A stretch of DNA of 64,000 nucleotides from Octopus sinensis (GCF_006345805.1 NC_042998.1:24118001-24182000), one strand, 5' to 3'. Positions 50,757 to 64,000 are shown, numbered from the stretch's first letter. Notes: generated by a model from the letters alone, not told the origin. A program made the numbers and translations.

Positions 50757-51280
50757 ATCATCATCATCATCATCATCATCATCGTTTAACATCCGCTTTC
50801 CATGCTAGCATGGGTTGGACGGTTTGACTGTGAGCTGGCAAACCAGATGGCTGCACCAGGCTCCAGTCTTGATCTGGCAGAGTTTCTACAGCTGGATGCC
50901 CTTCCTAACGCCAACCACTCTGAGAGTGTAGTGGGTGCTTTTTACGTGCCACCGGCACGGGGGCCGGTCAGGCGGTACTGGCAATGACCTCGCTCGAATC
51001 TTTTTGCACAAGCCACCAGCACAGGTGCCAGTAAGGCGATGCTGGTAACGCTTGAATGGTACCTTCTACATACCACCGGCATGGAAGCCAGTTAGCCACT
51101 CTGGCAATGATCATACTCGGATGGTGCTTTTAGCACCCTACTAGCACAGGGCAAAAGTGCCAGTAAGGTGATGCTGGCAACGATCACACTCGAATGGTGC
51201 CTTTAATGTGCCACTAGCACAGAAGCTAGTTAGGCGCTCTGTCAACGATCACGCTCGTATGGTGCTCGTGCCCGTCATCG
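50757..51280 (-). mobile_element. Family R element with about five diverged tandem subunits
   Basis: (CAT)n tail, body, then repeated ggtgc(c/t)ttt...cc(a/g)gcac units. Confidence 0.85.
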
Positions 51281-52339
51281 AATTTCATGTCTTATACAAT
51301 AAGCTTCTTTTGGTTTCCGTCTGCGAATTCCACTCACAAAGCTTTGGTTGGACTGAGGCTATAGCAGAAGACACTTGTGTAAGATGAAGGCGCCATGCTG
51401 TGGGACTGAACCTGGAACCATGTGACAAAGAAGCAATCTTCTTACCACAATATCTAAGCATTATATTTAAAAAGAAATTATAGATATCTAATATGTTTAG
51501 TTGATTTAATTAGTGGAGAAGGAGGTCTCTACAGAAGTTGAAAGAAGCCTTAAAAAAACGGCACTGATTGGCAATAACAAAGAGCATTATATTCGTATTC
51601 TGCGAGAACACTGGAATATTTGAGCTGTGAAGACACAAGCTAGAATGAAATGTCTTAAATGTCTAAAATGAGTTGTTAATAAGATTATAATTATTATTAC
51701 CGTAGTTTTTTTTCTTAATCTCATCTTTAGAGACAAATATTTTTGTTTTGATATTTACATCTATTTTACGCATTCATCAATTGAAGCGCCAATGGGCATT
51801 AAATGATTTTTATTCTTATATCTATTTCAAAACTGTCATGGTATCTTACTATAGAATATTGTTCTGCCTTTCAATAGGCCACAAATACTGTCAACACTTC
51901 AACATTGTGGAGAAGGTATTATAGTTTAACCATTTTTGTATTGCTAATTGTATCAGATGTAAAAGAAATATTATGGTGAAGCAATGACACTGACAATGAA
52001 GATAAAAAGCTAGATAATGAGAATGAGGAAGATAAGAGTAGAAATGTGTTTGTGAAAGACAGTGCTGTTCATGAATAATATGAATTTTTTTTAAATAATA
52101 GTACAAAGCCACCAGATTTGGGGATGGGTAAATAGTTGATTATATTTATTCGTTCTGACCTGTTTCAGTCATTTGACTGTGGAACAAATCGACCCAAGGG
52201 CTTATTCTTTGTAAGCGTAGTACGTATTCTATCGGTCTCTTTTTGCTGAACTGCTAAGTTCCGGAGACATAAACACACCAACATCGGTTGTCAAGCAATG
52301 ATGGGGGAACAAACACAGACACACAAGCATATACATGTA

Positions 52340-52850
52340 GAATTTATGATGAAGAAAAAAGCGGGTGACCATCAAATTACGACAAAATAGTCGCAACGGT
52401 CGAGCAAACCCTGCCTGAAAATCAGCGGATCATTCTGGATGATCACCACATTTTGTTTCCTGAGGTTTCCCAAAGCACTGTTCATAGGGTTTTGAGTGAA
52501 AAGTTGCAATATCGGAAAGCATGCATAAGATGGGTCCCACAAATGCTCACAAAAGACCATAAATGGCGACTCACCTTATAGTCTGGACTTAGCACTTAGT
52601 GACTACCACCTGTTCTCTAAGTTGAAAGAATATTTGGTAAGAACATGCTTCAGCAAGAATGACAAGTTGAAAGATGAGGTTCAACGCTTCCTCAATGACA
52701 TGGCGGTGAGCTGGTATGACATGGGCATACAAAAACTGCCCCAGCACCTACAAAAATACTTTGACCAAAATGGCAATTATGTACAAAAATAGATAAATGT
52801 TCAAATTTTAAAATGATGTAACAATGACAATAAACATTTCTGTGATTTCT
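52340..52850 (+). pseudogene. Internally deleted mariner transposase fragment
   Basis: RWVPQMLTKDH joined to HSPYSLDLALSDYHLFSKLKE...GIQKL. Confidence 0.8.
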
Positions 52851-52914
52851 AAATATTTTTGTACACCTTAGTTTTGGGATTACCCTCGCATATATGTATG
52901 TATATGCATTTTTC

Positions 52915-53303
52915 TTTTTTACTTGTTTCAGTCATTTGACTGTGGCCATGCTGGAGCACCACCTTTAGTCGAGCAAATCGACCCCAGGACTTATTCTTTG
53001 TAAGCCCAGTACTTATTCTATTGGTCTCTTTTGTCGAACCGCTAAGTGACGGGGACGTAAACACACCAGCATCGGTTGTCAAGCAATGCTAGAGGGACAA
53101 GCACAGACACACAAACACATACACACACATATACATATATATATACGACGGGCTTCTTTCAGTTTCCGTCTGCCAAATCTACTCACAAGGCTTTGGTCAG
53201 CCTGAGGCTATAGTAGAAGACACTTGCACAAGGTGCCACACAGTGGGACTGAACCCGGAACCATGTGGTTGGTAAGCAAGCTACTTACCACACAGCCACT
53301 CAT
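52915..53303 (-). mobile_element. SINE family C, full length
   Basis: Match to 24745-25158. Confidence 0.9.
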
Positions 53304-53605
53304 ATGCCTATATATATATATATATTCCTTCATTTTTCTAAGTTTCTGCTGTTTAATTCTCTATATATTCAAGAAGCAGTGGATAATTTGCAATTTGAAC
53401 ATAATTTTCTTCATCTTTTCTTATATAAAACTCTCACATACTTACACACACACACACGCGCGTATGCACATAAATGAGTAAGACAGAAAAAGAAAGGGAG
53501 AGAAAAAGAGAGGGAAAATATGTTTATTTTTTTTTTCTTTCCAAGTAAGTCATACATCAAAATCATGTTTTATGCAATTGTTTGAGGAAGGGGAAACAAG
53601 AAATG

Positions 53606-53655
<50 letters not shown>

Positions 53656-53755
53656 ACATGTAGCATATGGAATGTAAGCCAGGGAAAGAAAGAAAGAAAG
53701 AGAAAATGAAAGAAAGAGAAACAGGGATAATGATAGAGGCAGAGAGAGAGAGAAC

Positions 53756-53793
<38 letters not shown>

Positions 53794-53964
53794 CACACAC
53801 AGAGACAGAGATAGATAGATACATTTAGAGAGAGAGAGAGGAAATATACATACACACACACACATATATATATATATGTATTGCTATATAAATATATGAA
53901 TATATAAATATATATATATATATATATTTATATAGAAATATATATACATACATATATATATAAC

Positions 53965-54130
53965 GGGAAGCTTTATGAAAATAAACAAAAGACGAAGGCA
54001 GGTGGAAAACAAACGAACAATTGTATTAGTATGGCGCTCAGGAAATATAAATAAAACAAGTCTTTAACGTTTCGAGCCTACGCTCTTCAACAGAAAGATA
54101 CACAGAGAGAGAAAAACACAGAAAGGAGAG
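53965..54130 (-). mobile_element. Penelope-like pLTR fragment, family P2, with HHR-like motif at 54061-54098
   Basis: UCUUU-CUGUUGA-A-GAGC(GUAG)GCUC-GAAAC-GUU-AAAGA. Confidence 0.7.
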
Positions 54131-54162
54131 AAAAATATATATATATATATATAGATATAGAA

Positions 54163-54221
<59 letters not shown>

Positions 54222-54913
54222 TATATATATTGAGAGACAGAAATAAGGAGAGAGGGAGAGGGTGTATGTATGTGAATAAAATAAAATGATATGTGTGTGT
54301 ATGTATGTGTATATGGATAGAATGGAAAAGACAGAGAGGGAGGGAGAGAGAGAGAGAGAAAGCAAGAGGATAAGGATATGTAAAATAATGTATATTTCAA
54401 GAGAAGGAGCAAAAAGAGATAGAAAGGAATTAAGTAAGAAGGTGTGAGAAAAACAAAAGAGGGAGAGAGAGAGAAATGGAGAGAGACAGAGCGGGTAGGA
54501 TGAAGAAAGGTTTAAAGGAAACAATAAAGAAAAGGCAGAAGAAAGAGTAAAGGAGGGGAAAAAGAGGGATGGTTGGAGTCACTAACTTACTAAAATGAAT
54601 AAGTTAAAGTTATCAATTGAAGTTGTTAGACTTTCTTTTTCATTTAAGATGGAGATTGCTGCAAGAAACCGTGGAAACGGAAGAGAAAGACAGAAAGCCG
54701 TGTTTTACACATATTTGCACCCCAGCACATGCACACACACACACAAATACATAAACACATACACACACATGCTTTTTATGCTTTTTTTTTTAATACAAAC
54801 CTAGTGTACATCATGCAGTGCATGCACCACATGGAATGTATATGTGGATATGTATATATATACATATATATATGTACATATATATATGTGTATGATATAT
54901 ATAGAAATGTTTA

Positions 54914-54964
<51 letters not shown>

Positions 54965-55258
54965 ATATATATATATATGCATTTATATTTATACACATAT
55001 ACATATATATATATGGATATATATATATATATATACATATATATGTATGCACATATACACATATATATATATACATACATATATGTGAGTGTGTGTGTAT
55101 GAATAAATATGTAATATATATGTATGTGCATATATATGTATGCATACATAACATATATATATATATATGTATATGAATATATATATATATTTATATATGT
55201 AAATAAATATATGTATATATATATATGTGTATACATATATGTATATATATGTATATAT

Positions 55259-55333
55259 ATGTTAACAAATGAAATTAAAAAGGAATGCTTTATATATATA
55301 TATATATATACATGCAAATATATATACACACAC

Positions 55334-55407
<74 letters not shown>

Positions 55408-55478
55408 ATATATATTTGCATGTATATATATATATATATATATATAAAGCATTCCTTTTTAATTTCATTTGTTAACAT
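55259..55478. repeat. ~220-bp palindrome centred on (TA)n
   Basis: Perfect 34-bp unique arms at 55259-55292 and 55445-55478, plus a mirrored catgcaaatatatatacacacac. Confidence 0.85.
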
Positions 55479-55895
55479 GGTGGAAATGATGCAAGTAATA
55501 AGAAGTAAAATAGCTGAGCTGATTTTTATCTTTGGGGAAACAGATAATATAGAGTTCAGGTAATATCATTTGAAATTGAACAATTGCTATGTAAAAGGTG
55601 TTATTGAGAAGATTTGCAGCTTTGGGGTATTGTAATATTGATATAATCGGAGCAGTTGATTTATTAATGGTTGTGATGGTGGTAAAGATGGTGGTGGTAG
55701 TGGCGAAGGAGGAACTGTTCGAATTTTATCATTAAATAGAATCTTTGTGGAAAAAGTATAAATAGATATGCTAATAGTTATAGCAGCAACAGCAACAGAT
55801 AATGGGAATAATAATTTATAATAATAATAACAATAATAATAACAATAATAATAATAACAATAATAATAATGATAATAATAACAATAATAATAATG

Positions 55896-55959
<64 letters not shown>

Positions 55960-56507
55960 TAGCAGTACCAGGCAGTGGCTCTCATGGCTTCTGATCTTAA
56001 CTGATTGGAAGTGTTATCATGTACATTGTTTTGTCTTGGTATAAAAGATGGGCTACAGCAAATATTCTGCTCAATACCACAGATTTGCTTGTCAGTTGTT
56101 TGACCTTAACCAGTTGAGCATGTCCCTTAGTGGCTGACGATATGTGCATCTCTGATCACGAGCAGAAGTAGTGGGGGAGCATCATAGCCATGTGTTGAGA
56201 GGGATTCTTTGGGGTTGAATAGTTCACCTCTGGAAACATGGGTGGTTCTTTCAACATCCTTAAACAACCCTTATTCAGGGACCGTTGAGCAGGATGGGCT
56301 ACTCAAAATGAAGAAAATTCTAACTGGCCCCACCTGCAAGGTCATGTGCTGTTATCTTGATATGAGATCACCATGTCGCGCACATATGGTTGTGATGCAT
56401 GTGCCTGGGGTACCTTTATCAGACGTGTAGTCATGATGGGTATATTGGGCTTCGTATATTTTACCCCAGTGTCACTTTGATGGCATGAACTGCTCTCTCA
56501 CTCAATG

Positions 56508-56510
<3 letters not shown>
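55960..56510 (+). mobile_element. Interspersed repeat body flanked by (AAT)n; related to the SINE at 7320 and the fragment at 18300-18365
   Basis: 5' part matches 7410-7460; 3' part tattgggcttc...cactttgatgg...ctcaatgataat matches 18303-18368. Confidence 0.7.
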
Positions 56511-56541
<31 letters not shown>

Positions 56542-56595
56542 TAATAATAATAATAATAATAATGATGATGATGATGATGATGATGATGATAATAA

Positions 56596-56629
<34 letters not shown>

Positions 56630-56720
56630 TAATAACGATAATAATAATAACAATAATAATAATAATGATATGATAACAACAATAATAATAATAATAATAA
56701 TAATAGTGATAATAATAATA

Positions 56721-56765
<45 letters not shown>

Positions 56766-56808
56766 TAATAATAATAATATAATAATAATACTGATAATGA
56801 TGATGATG

Positions 56809-56910
<102 letters not shown>

Positions 56911-57127
56911 TTGATGAAGATGACAGCCTTATGTATAGAAATCAAGGTTAGTGATCCTTAATAAATATTTGATTTGTAACAGATTGAATGAAATATCAGA
57001 GGCATGTATATCACTAGTTCTAAAGGGTCTGCAAAACCTGTGCATGGTTGTTCAACCTGCTAGAGATAGTAACCAGATCTCCCTCAAATTACACACAACC
57101 ATTAACATTTATACTGACCATATCTAT

Positions 57128-57722
57128 TGGTGCAGGAGTGGCTGTGTGGTAAGTATCTTGCTTACGAACCACATGGTTCTGGGTTCAGTCCCACTGCATG
57201 GCACCTTGGGCAAGTGTCTTCTACTATAGCCTCGGGCCGACCAAAGCCTTGTGAGTGGATTTGGTAGATGGAAACTGAAAGAAGCCCATCGCATATATGT
57301 ATATATATATATGTGCCGGTGGCACGTAAAAAGCACCCACTACACTCACGGAGTGGTTGGCGTTAGGAAGGGCATCCCGCTGTAGAAGCATTGCCAGATC
57401 AGACTGGGCCTGGTGCAGCCTTCTGGCTTCCCAGACCCCAGTTGAACCGTCCAACCCATGCTAGCATGGAAAGCGGACGCTTAATGATGATGATGATGAT
57501 GATGATATACATATGTGTGTGTTTGTGCCCCCAACATCACTTGACAAACGATGCTGGTGTGTTTATGTCCCCGTAACTTAGCGGTTCGGCAAAAAAAGAG
57601 ACCGATAGAATAAGTACTAGACTTACAAAAAATAAGTCCTGGGGGTCGATGTGCTCGACCAAAGGCGGTGCTCCAGCATGGTCACAGTCAAATAACTGAA
57701 ACAAGTAAAAGAGTAAAAGAGT
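57128..57722 (+). mobile_element. SINE family C split by a family R insertion (57312-57505) in its internal microsatellite
   Basis: Head at 57128-57300 and tail at 57510-57722 flank a complete R body. Confidence 0.85.
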
Positions 57723-58204
57723 ATATCTGGCTGAAATATTCTACCTGTTTTATGTTCAAACTGGTTGGGTATGGCTTCTCACATCCACCCTACTGTATCA
57801 TTCTAAAAATTAACAGCTACCTCTTCAAAATTTCAAAGCTACAAGTTATGCATGATTAATACAAAAGAATGAGAATAAATAATCATTACTTTAGACAGAA
57901 TAAGCTGAATGCTAAAGGGTTATAAAAAAATTGTTGGACCTGAGGATGGGAAATTGAGATGATTTCATAGCTGGAATGCCTTTGATCGTAAGTCTGCTTG
58001 ATCAGCACTGACCTGGTACTAAACAACTACAATTAATAAATAAAAAGACAACCTGAATTCCTAAGGCAAACATACAATGGAATGCAGAAAAGCAAATGCA
58101 TAAAATATATTTATACATGAAAAAAAAAGAAACACCGCATACGTTTCTGATCTGCATATAGCATTGCAGTTTTGTGTTACAAGAGAAATGCCTTATAAAG
58201 CATA

Positions 58205-58500
58205 GAAAATGATGATGATGATAATGATGATGATGACAACGATGAAGACGATGACTATGATGATGATGATGATGATGATGATGATCACAACAATGAAGAC
58301 GATGACTATGATGATGATGATGACGATGATGATGATGATAATGATGATGATGATGATGATGATGATGATAACGATGAAGATGATGACTATGATGATGATG
58401 ATGATGATGATGATGACAACAATGAAGATGATAACTATGATGATGATGATGACAACGATGAAGCCGATGACTATGATGATGATGATGATGATGAAGATGA
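58205..58500. repeat. (GAT)n compound microsatellite
   Basis: About 300 bp of GAT/GAC/AAT repeats. Confidence 0.95.
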
Positions 58501-58950
58501 CAATTAAGCAAACAATTGATTGTTAGTTGGTGAGATATTTAACCAATTGACAAACAGTAAAGAAGTGATATCGAACCAATGTATGTGTTTATATTATTGG
58601 TGTGATGGCCCTTCCAAGACACAAACAAAATCCTGAAAAGACAGAAGGTAAAGTGAACTTTGGTGGAATTTGAACTCAGAATTTGGGCTCAGGTTGTAAT
58701 TAAATAACATGATATATTTTAATTTGTTGGTTAGCTAATTGAGCTAATTCAGAAGAAGTGTTAACAACAGCAATAAAAACAACAGCAACAATAATAATAA
58801 TAATAATCTTTTCTTTATCAACCACAATGGCTTGAAATGACCACAAAATATACAAAACTGTTACTTGGGTTGACGAAGAGAGAAAAGTTAATGCGAAGTT
58901 TGAGAAGAAAAAGCAAGTTTACAAATAAAAAGAAGGGACAATGAACAATA

Positions 58951-59470
58951 CGAAGGCTGATGAATAAGTATCCGGACTGTTGCCCTAGTAACGAAGTTAG
59001 AGCATACAAAGTAAAGCCGCTTGGTACACATTGAGCTTGTACACTGCTGTGCATGTGCACTAAGTTTTAACGTTCTAGCTTACTTTCGTTGTTTACAGCA
59101 GTGCTTTGAAGGAACATGTGTAGCATGTGCTCAGTTCATTGACCATGACAGAGAAAGTTGAGCAGAGAATCTGCATCAAATTTTGCCAAAAGCTTGGCGA
59201 TACCTGCTCAGAGGTCTGCACAAAGTTTTCAAAAAGATTTCATCGTTCTCAATACAATCGAGATCTTGTGCGGCCAAAATCTGGGTGTCTTTTTGGTCAG
59301 CTGAAAGGATAATGGACTGAACTGAACTGTAATTAATCTGCACATACTCTGATATTGCACGGATGGTGATTCGACGATTTCCTCTCACAGAAGCGTGCAC
59401 ATCTGTAATGTTTTTCTCAGTTCTGCTGGTTGCAGGTCTCCCAAAACGTTTGTCAATATCGATATCTTTT
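58951..59470 (+). mobile_element. Mariner 5' end with an internally inverted transposase fragment
   Basis: TA followed by a cgaaggctg TIR-like start. Plus-strand MTEKVEQRICIKFCQKLG, then minus-strand RFGRPATSRTEKNI...RRITIRAIS...ADQKDTQIL. Confidence 0.8.
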
Positions 59471-59736
59471 TGCAGCATGGAAGGTGTTTATAAGCCATTT
59501 AACAAACACACAAAAACCGTTAGATTCACTTCAACATTTAAATTTAATTTGTCAAAATATTTTCCATGCTGCATGGAATTTTGTCAGTGAACAGGTCGCA
59601 GTCTCAAAGCGACGAAAATATTTTGACAAATTAAATTTAAATGTTGAAGTGAATCTAACGGTTTTTGTGCGTTTCTTAAATGGCTTATAAACACCTTTCA
59701 CGCTGCAATTGTTTTCCTTCCAGCACATGATCTCAG
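59471..59736. mobile_element. Foldback element F, copy 3 (deletion in left arm)
   Basis: Same arms and tail as copy 1. Confidence 0.85.
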
Positions 59737-59878
59737 TCTACCAAATCTACTCACAAAGCTTTGGTTGGCCCGAGGCTATAGTAGAAGACACTTGCCCAAG
59801 GTGCCACACAGTGGGACTGAACCTGGAACCATGTGGTTGGTAAGCAAGCTACTTACCACACAGCCACTCCTACGCCTC
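59737..59878 (-). mobile_element. SINE family C head
   Basis: acacttgcccaaggtgcc...acacagccactcctacgcct. Confidence 0.85.
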
Positions 59879-59984
59879 AAATTCCCAAGGCGCTCTCTTA
59901 AGGTGGTAAATCGTTTCTGTTAACATGATGACCAAATTAACAGCAGCAGAAGATATTCTGAAATCATCATTGCTTGAATAAGAA

Positions 59985-60150
59985 TAAGATAGGGGAAGTT
60001 CAGAGAGCTGTTACCTCTGTTGGCATCAGAAGGACTCTCTCTCAGAGCAGAATGCTGGCTATATGATACTTGTGTATGGATGGCTATTCTCCATGGTAGT
60101 GAGATGATTGCATAGACTGGAGAGGAATGAAGCTTGTATGCTCTGCTGGA
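59985..60150 (+). mobile_element. RTE-clade LINE fragment
   Basis: GKFRELLPLLASEGLSLR...LYDTCV...ILHGSE, same family as 41880-42000. Confidence 0.65.
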
Positions 60151-60262
60151 TGTGCACCGTCAGTATGTGTGTATCTCACTGTCTTTCTCTCTCTTTCTTG
60201 CCCTCTTTCTCACTCCATTTGGGGTGACCATGTATCTCCCCTACAGCAAGGCACCTGTTTCT

Positions 60263-60482
60263 TATTTCTTTACTGCCCACAAGGTGCTACACACAGAGGG
60301 GACAAACAAGGACAGATAAACGGATTAAGTTGATTATACTGACCCCAATGCGTAACTGGTACTTATTTAATCGACCCTGAAAGGATGAAAGGCAAATTTG
60401 ACCATGGCAGAATTTGAACTCAGAATGTAGTGCAGACGAAATACTGCTAAGCTTTTCACCTGCATGCTAATGTTTCTGCCAC
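60263..60482 (-). mobile_element. SINE family M
   Basis: Reverse complement of the family body. Confidence 0.8.
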
Positions 60483-61931
60483 CTTGCAGCCTTGAGGCAG
60501 CTGCTTCTATCCTTCTGTCATCCTCTAATCTCTCGTCACCAGGCACAAGGCCATCTCCCTCAATACTACTCCCTCTCTCAGTTGAGGGATCTTCATTTTG
60601 CAAGTTGCTTGGTGACCCCCCACTGGTGCTGGTACCACATATAAAGTATCCAGTCCACTCTGTAAAGTGGTTGGCATCAGGAAGGGCGTCTAGCCATGAA
60701 AACCATGCCAAAGCAAACAACTGGAGCTTGGCACAGTCCTCTGGCTTACCAGCTCCTGTCATAATGTCCAACCCATACCAGCATGGCAAACGGATGTTGA
60801 ATGATGATGATGATGATGAGGATGATGATGATGATAACACAAGATGAACAAAGCACTATATTTAGTTATAACGCACTAGGGAGTGACTTTCTTCATCTGC
60901 AAAGATGTGATTGTTTGCAAATATATATGTGTGTATGTGTGTGTTGATTTGCTTTTGGTTAATGGAAAAATATTGTAAAATTCTCATTAATTTCTCAAAT
61001 GAGACGGACACTCATAATGTTCGGATTTTTAACCGAAGAACGTCATTAGTACATATTGAATATATTCCATTCCTGACTGCACCAAATCATACAAGACGAT
61101 TCCTTCAAATCTAAATTATTAAACTGATACTACTAAACACAATTAATAACAAACAACAATAGCCAATCATAAATCAATAGCCAAACGAAGATTGATTTGA
61201 AAAAATTTTAAATCGCTCCATTATATTTGTATGTTGCCAAATTTATTTTGGGAAACCTCTAATTCAGTTTTGTAAATAGAAAGTTTTGTATAATTGTATT
61301 ATTTTTGTTGATCGTCAAAGCAACAGTAAGACATAACTACTCTCCCAATGGCTTCATCACAACACTTTTATCTGTTTGCTATTGATTCATGTTTGGTAAC
61401 TGATATCTCAATGTCTCTATTTGTCTACAAACAAGTGTGATTACAATGCATACAGCTATTTGTCGTACGTCTATTATACGGGTTTGTCTTTTACTTATGT
61501 GTGTCTCTGCGTGCCCGTATGTATGCGTTTGTGTGTGGATGTGTGCATAAATGTGTACGCGTCTGGATGTGTGGTGCGTGTTCGTGGTTGGTCACGAGAG
61601 ATTTTTAGTACGCTAGGTTAGCTAAATTCTGGTGTGTGTGTCTTTTATGAATGCGAACACAAGAGGAAATAAAGCGTAATGATTATGGAAACGGAGGAAA
61701 ATCTTTCAACAACATGAGACACTTTCAAAATCAAATACATTCAACGAAATATTTAACATTTTGTATTCATTTCAATCGTTATTAGGATATTCTGTGTCTG
61801 TCTCTGCTTTGATATACATCATGCATCATATGTAATGTAAGTATTTATGTATATATGTATGTATGTATTTATGTATGTATGTATGTATGTATGTATTTAT
61901 GTATGTATGTATATATGTATGTATGTATGTA

Positions 61932-61968
<37 letters not shown>

Positions 61969-61973
<5 letters not shown>

Positions 61974-62291
61974 TGCAGCGTGGAAGGTGTTTGTAAGCCA
62001 TTTATGAAACACACAAAAGCCGTTCGATTCACTTCAACATTTAAGTTTAATTTGTCAAAATATTTTCATCACTTTAAGACCGCAATCTGTTCACTAGCAT
62101 GGATTTTTGTCAGTGAACAGGTCGCGGTCTTAAAGCGACGAAAATATTTTGACAAATTATACTTAAATGTTGAAGTGAATCGAACGGCTTTGTGTGTTTC
62201 TTAAATGGTTTACAAACACCTTCCACGCTGCAATCCTTTTCGTTTCAGCACACGATCTCAGATCAAATCACTTGCTATGCAAGTACATCTC
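61969..62291. mobile_element. Foldback element F, copy 4
   Basis: Palindrome 61969-62234 plus tail, set in (TA)n. Confidence 0.85.
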
Positions 62292-62321
62292 CGTAATATA
62301 TATATATATATATTTTTATAT

Positions 62322-62611
62322 ATCACCGTGACCGACCAGGCTATCAGATGTTGTTACACATCGCTGGTCACAATGCGCTTCGCATTGTTTTAGCCTTCAA
62401 ATGACGCCACCCCGCTGGCTAAGCGAGCAGGCCAACAGAGAAAGTTGTGGCGAAAGAGTACAGCAGGGATCGCCACCACCTCCTGCCGGAGCCTCGTGGA
62501 GAATTAGGTGTTTTCGCTCAATAAACACCCACAACGCCCGGTCTGGGAATTGAAACCGCGATCCTACAACCGCGAATCCGCTGCCCTAACCACTGGGCCA
62601 TTGCGCCTCCA
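62322..62611 (-). mobile_element. SINE family A
   Basis: Reverse complement of ggaggcgcaatggcccagtggttaggg... Confidence 0.85.
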
Positions 62612-62626
62612 CATATATATTTATCA

Positions 62627-63150
62627 TCATCATCATCATCATTTAACGTCCGCTTTCCATGCTAGCATGGGTTGGACGGTTCAACTGGGGTCTGGGGAGC
62701 CCGAAAGCTGCACCAGTCCAGTCAGATCTGGCAGTGTTTCTACAGCTGGATGCCCTTCCTAACGCCAACCACTCCGAGAGTGTAGTGGGTGATTTTATGT
62801 GCCACCGACACAGGTGCCAGACGAGGCTGGCAAACGGCCACGCTCGGATGGTGTTTTTTATGTGCCACCGACACAGGTGCCAGACGAGGCTGGCAGACGG
62901 CCACGCTCGGATGGTGTTTTTTATGTGCCACCGACACAGGTGCCAGACGAGGCTGGCAGACGGCCACGCTCGGATGGTGTTTTTTATGTGCCACCGACAC
63001 AGGTGCCAGACGAGGCTGGCAAACGGCCACGATCGGATGGTGCTTGTTACGTGCCCACAGCACGGAGGCCAGTCGACTCGGTACTGGCTACGGCCACGTT
63101 CGGATGGTTTTCTTATGTGCCACGTGCCACCGGCACTGGTACCACAAAGA
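62627..63150 (-). mobile_element. Family R element containing four near-identical 63-bp tandem units (62797-63048)
   Basis: atgtgccaccgacacagg at 62797, 62860, 62923 and 62986. Confidence 0.9.
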
Positions 63151-63214
63151 TACAAATTCCATTGATGTTCATCTATTTTGATTTGTTTTGATTTTATATA
63201 TATATATATATATA

Positions 63215-63760
63215 TAAATCCCAAAATGCTAGTGACCTCTCGACCAATCTTTTCTCTCCTTTCATATTGGGTGGTTGAATAAGTGGCTTCCTTCTTGCTG
63301 CTCTGCCAATAATAGCCAAGTTTGTGATGATACTGGACAGCTGTTCTGGGACTGACATCAACTTGTTTTGCTATGTCAGGGGCCATGCAGCAAGAATTAT
63401 TCTCCACACTTCTCCTAACAAAGCAAAGAGTCCTGTCAGAGGGTCCTGGTTGACTGGGCAAGGTGACATGAGTTCTTTCCTCTCTCAGGTGAATTGCACA
63501 ATCACTCTATTAACTGTAGAAAGCAGGATCCCAAGGTTTTCTGTAATTTTACATTAAGTCCACCTTCAGATTGACATGCAATATGACCTCTTTGAAATTA
63601 GGGTAGTTCCAAGGCTTTTTTTTGTACATGGCATAATTAAATGGTCACATACAGAACCTGAAATATAAAAATATCAATTAATAAAAAAAATATAAATTTT
63701 TTCATGTTAAAATAAACATAAAAAGATGTTTTATGGGGTGTCTATTTACTTCTGTCATGT
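63215..63760 (-). pseudogene. Tc1-like transposon 5' remnant
   Basis: DRTLCFVRRS...DIAKQVDVSPRTAV...KLGYY resembles the Tc1 HTH region; TIR-like catgacagaagtaaatagacacc. Confidence 0.65.
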
Positions 63761-63841
63761 GTGTGTATACATACATACATCCATACATATATACATACAT
63801 ACATACATACATATGTATATACAAACATATATATATACCAT

Positions 63842-64000
63842 GATCACCGTGACCGACCAGGCCATCAGATGTTGTTACACATCGCTGGTCACAATGCGCT
63901 TCGCATTGTTTTAGCCTTCAAATGACGCCACCCCGCTGGCTAAGCGAGCAGGCCAACAGAAGAAAGAGTGAGAGAAAGTTGTGGTGAAAGAGTACAGCGG
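63842..64000 (-). mobile_element. SINE family A 3' part (runs off the window)
   Basis: Near-identical to 62322-62450. Confidence 0.85.

Noticed and set aside
58951-58975. CTGATGA at 58958
   Set aside because: It is part of the mariner terminal sequence, with no downstream stem II or GAAA.
62797-63048. Regular repeats here and at 1510-2245 that superficially resemble CRISPR arrays
   Set aside because: The units are contiguous, with no unique spacers and no cas genes, in a eukaryotic SINE context.
62643-63461. 272-aa minus-strand ORF, the longest non-LINE ORF
   Set aside because: It is a chimera of a Tc1 remnant, a TA tract and the 63-bp VNTR of family R. It stays open because the repeat period is a multiple of 3.

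Overview
This is AT-rich, microsatellite-dense animal genomic DNA. The repeat content resembles octopus/coleoid cephalopod DNA, which is an inference I could not verify. I found no host protein-coding gene: most ORFs in the track are translations of microsatellites. The window is a mosaic of at least four SINE-like families, RTE and R4/Dong-type LINE remnants, mariner and Tc1 relics, a foldback element family and Penelope-like (PLE) fragments. The main result is roughly ten hammerhead ribozyme (HHR) motifs read by eye. Two of them (8531-8571 and 25225-25271) lie in units of about 360 nt bounded by short terminal direct repeats. These two units are diverged in sequence but share an ordered set of hairpins with compensatory changes, including C3-G8 versus U3-A8 in the catalytic core, which points to a retrozyme-like structured-RNA family. 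A third, unrelated 449-bp unit carries a full-length type I HHR. A fourth HHR sits in the loop of a long inverted repeat. Further minimal HHRs occur in PLE terminal repeats, including a family with a shared A6-to-U core variant. All folds were derived by manual inspection and need computational and biochemical confirmation.
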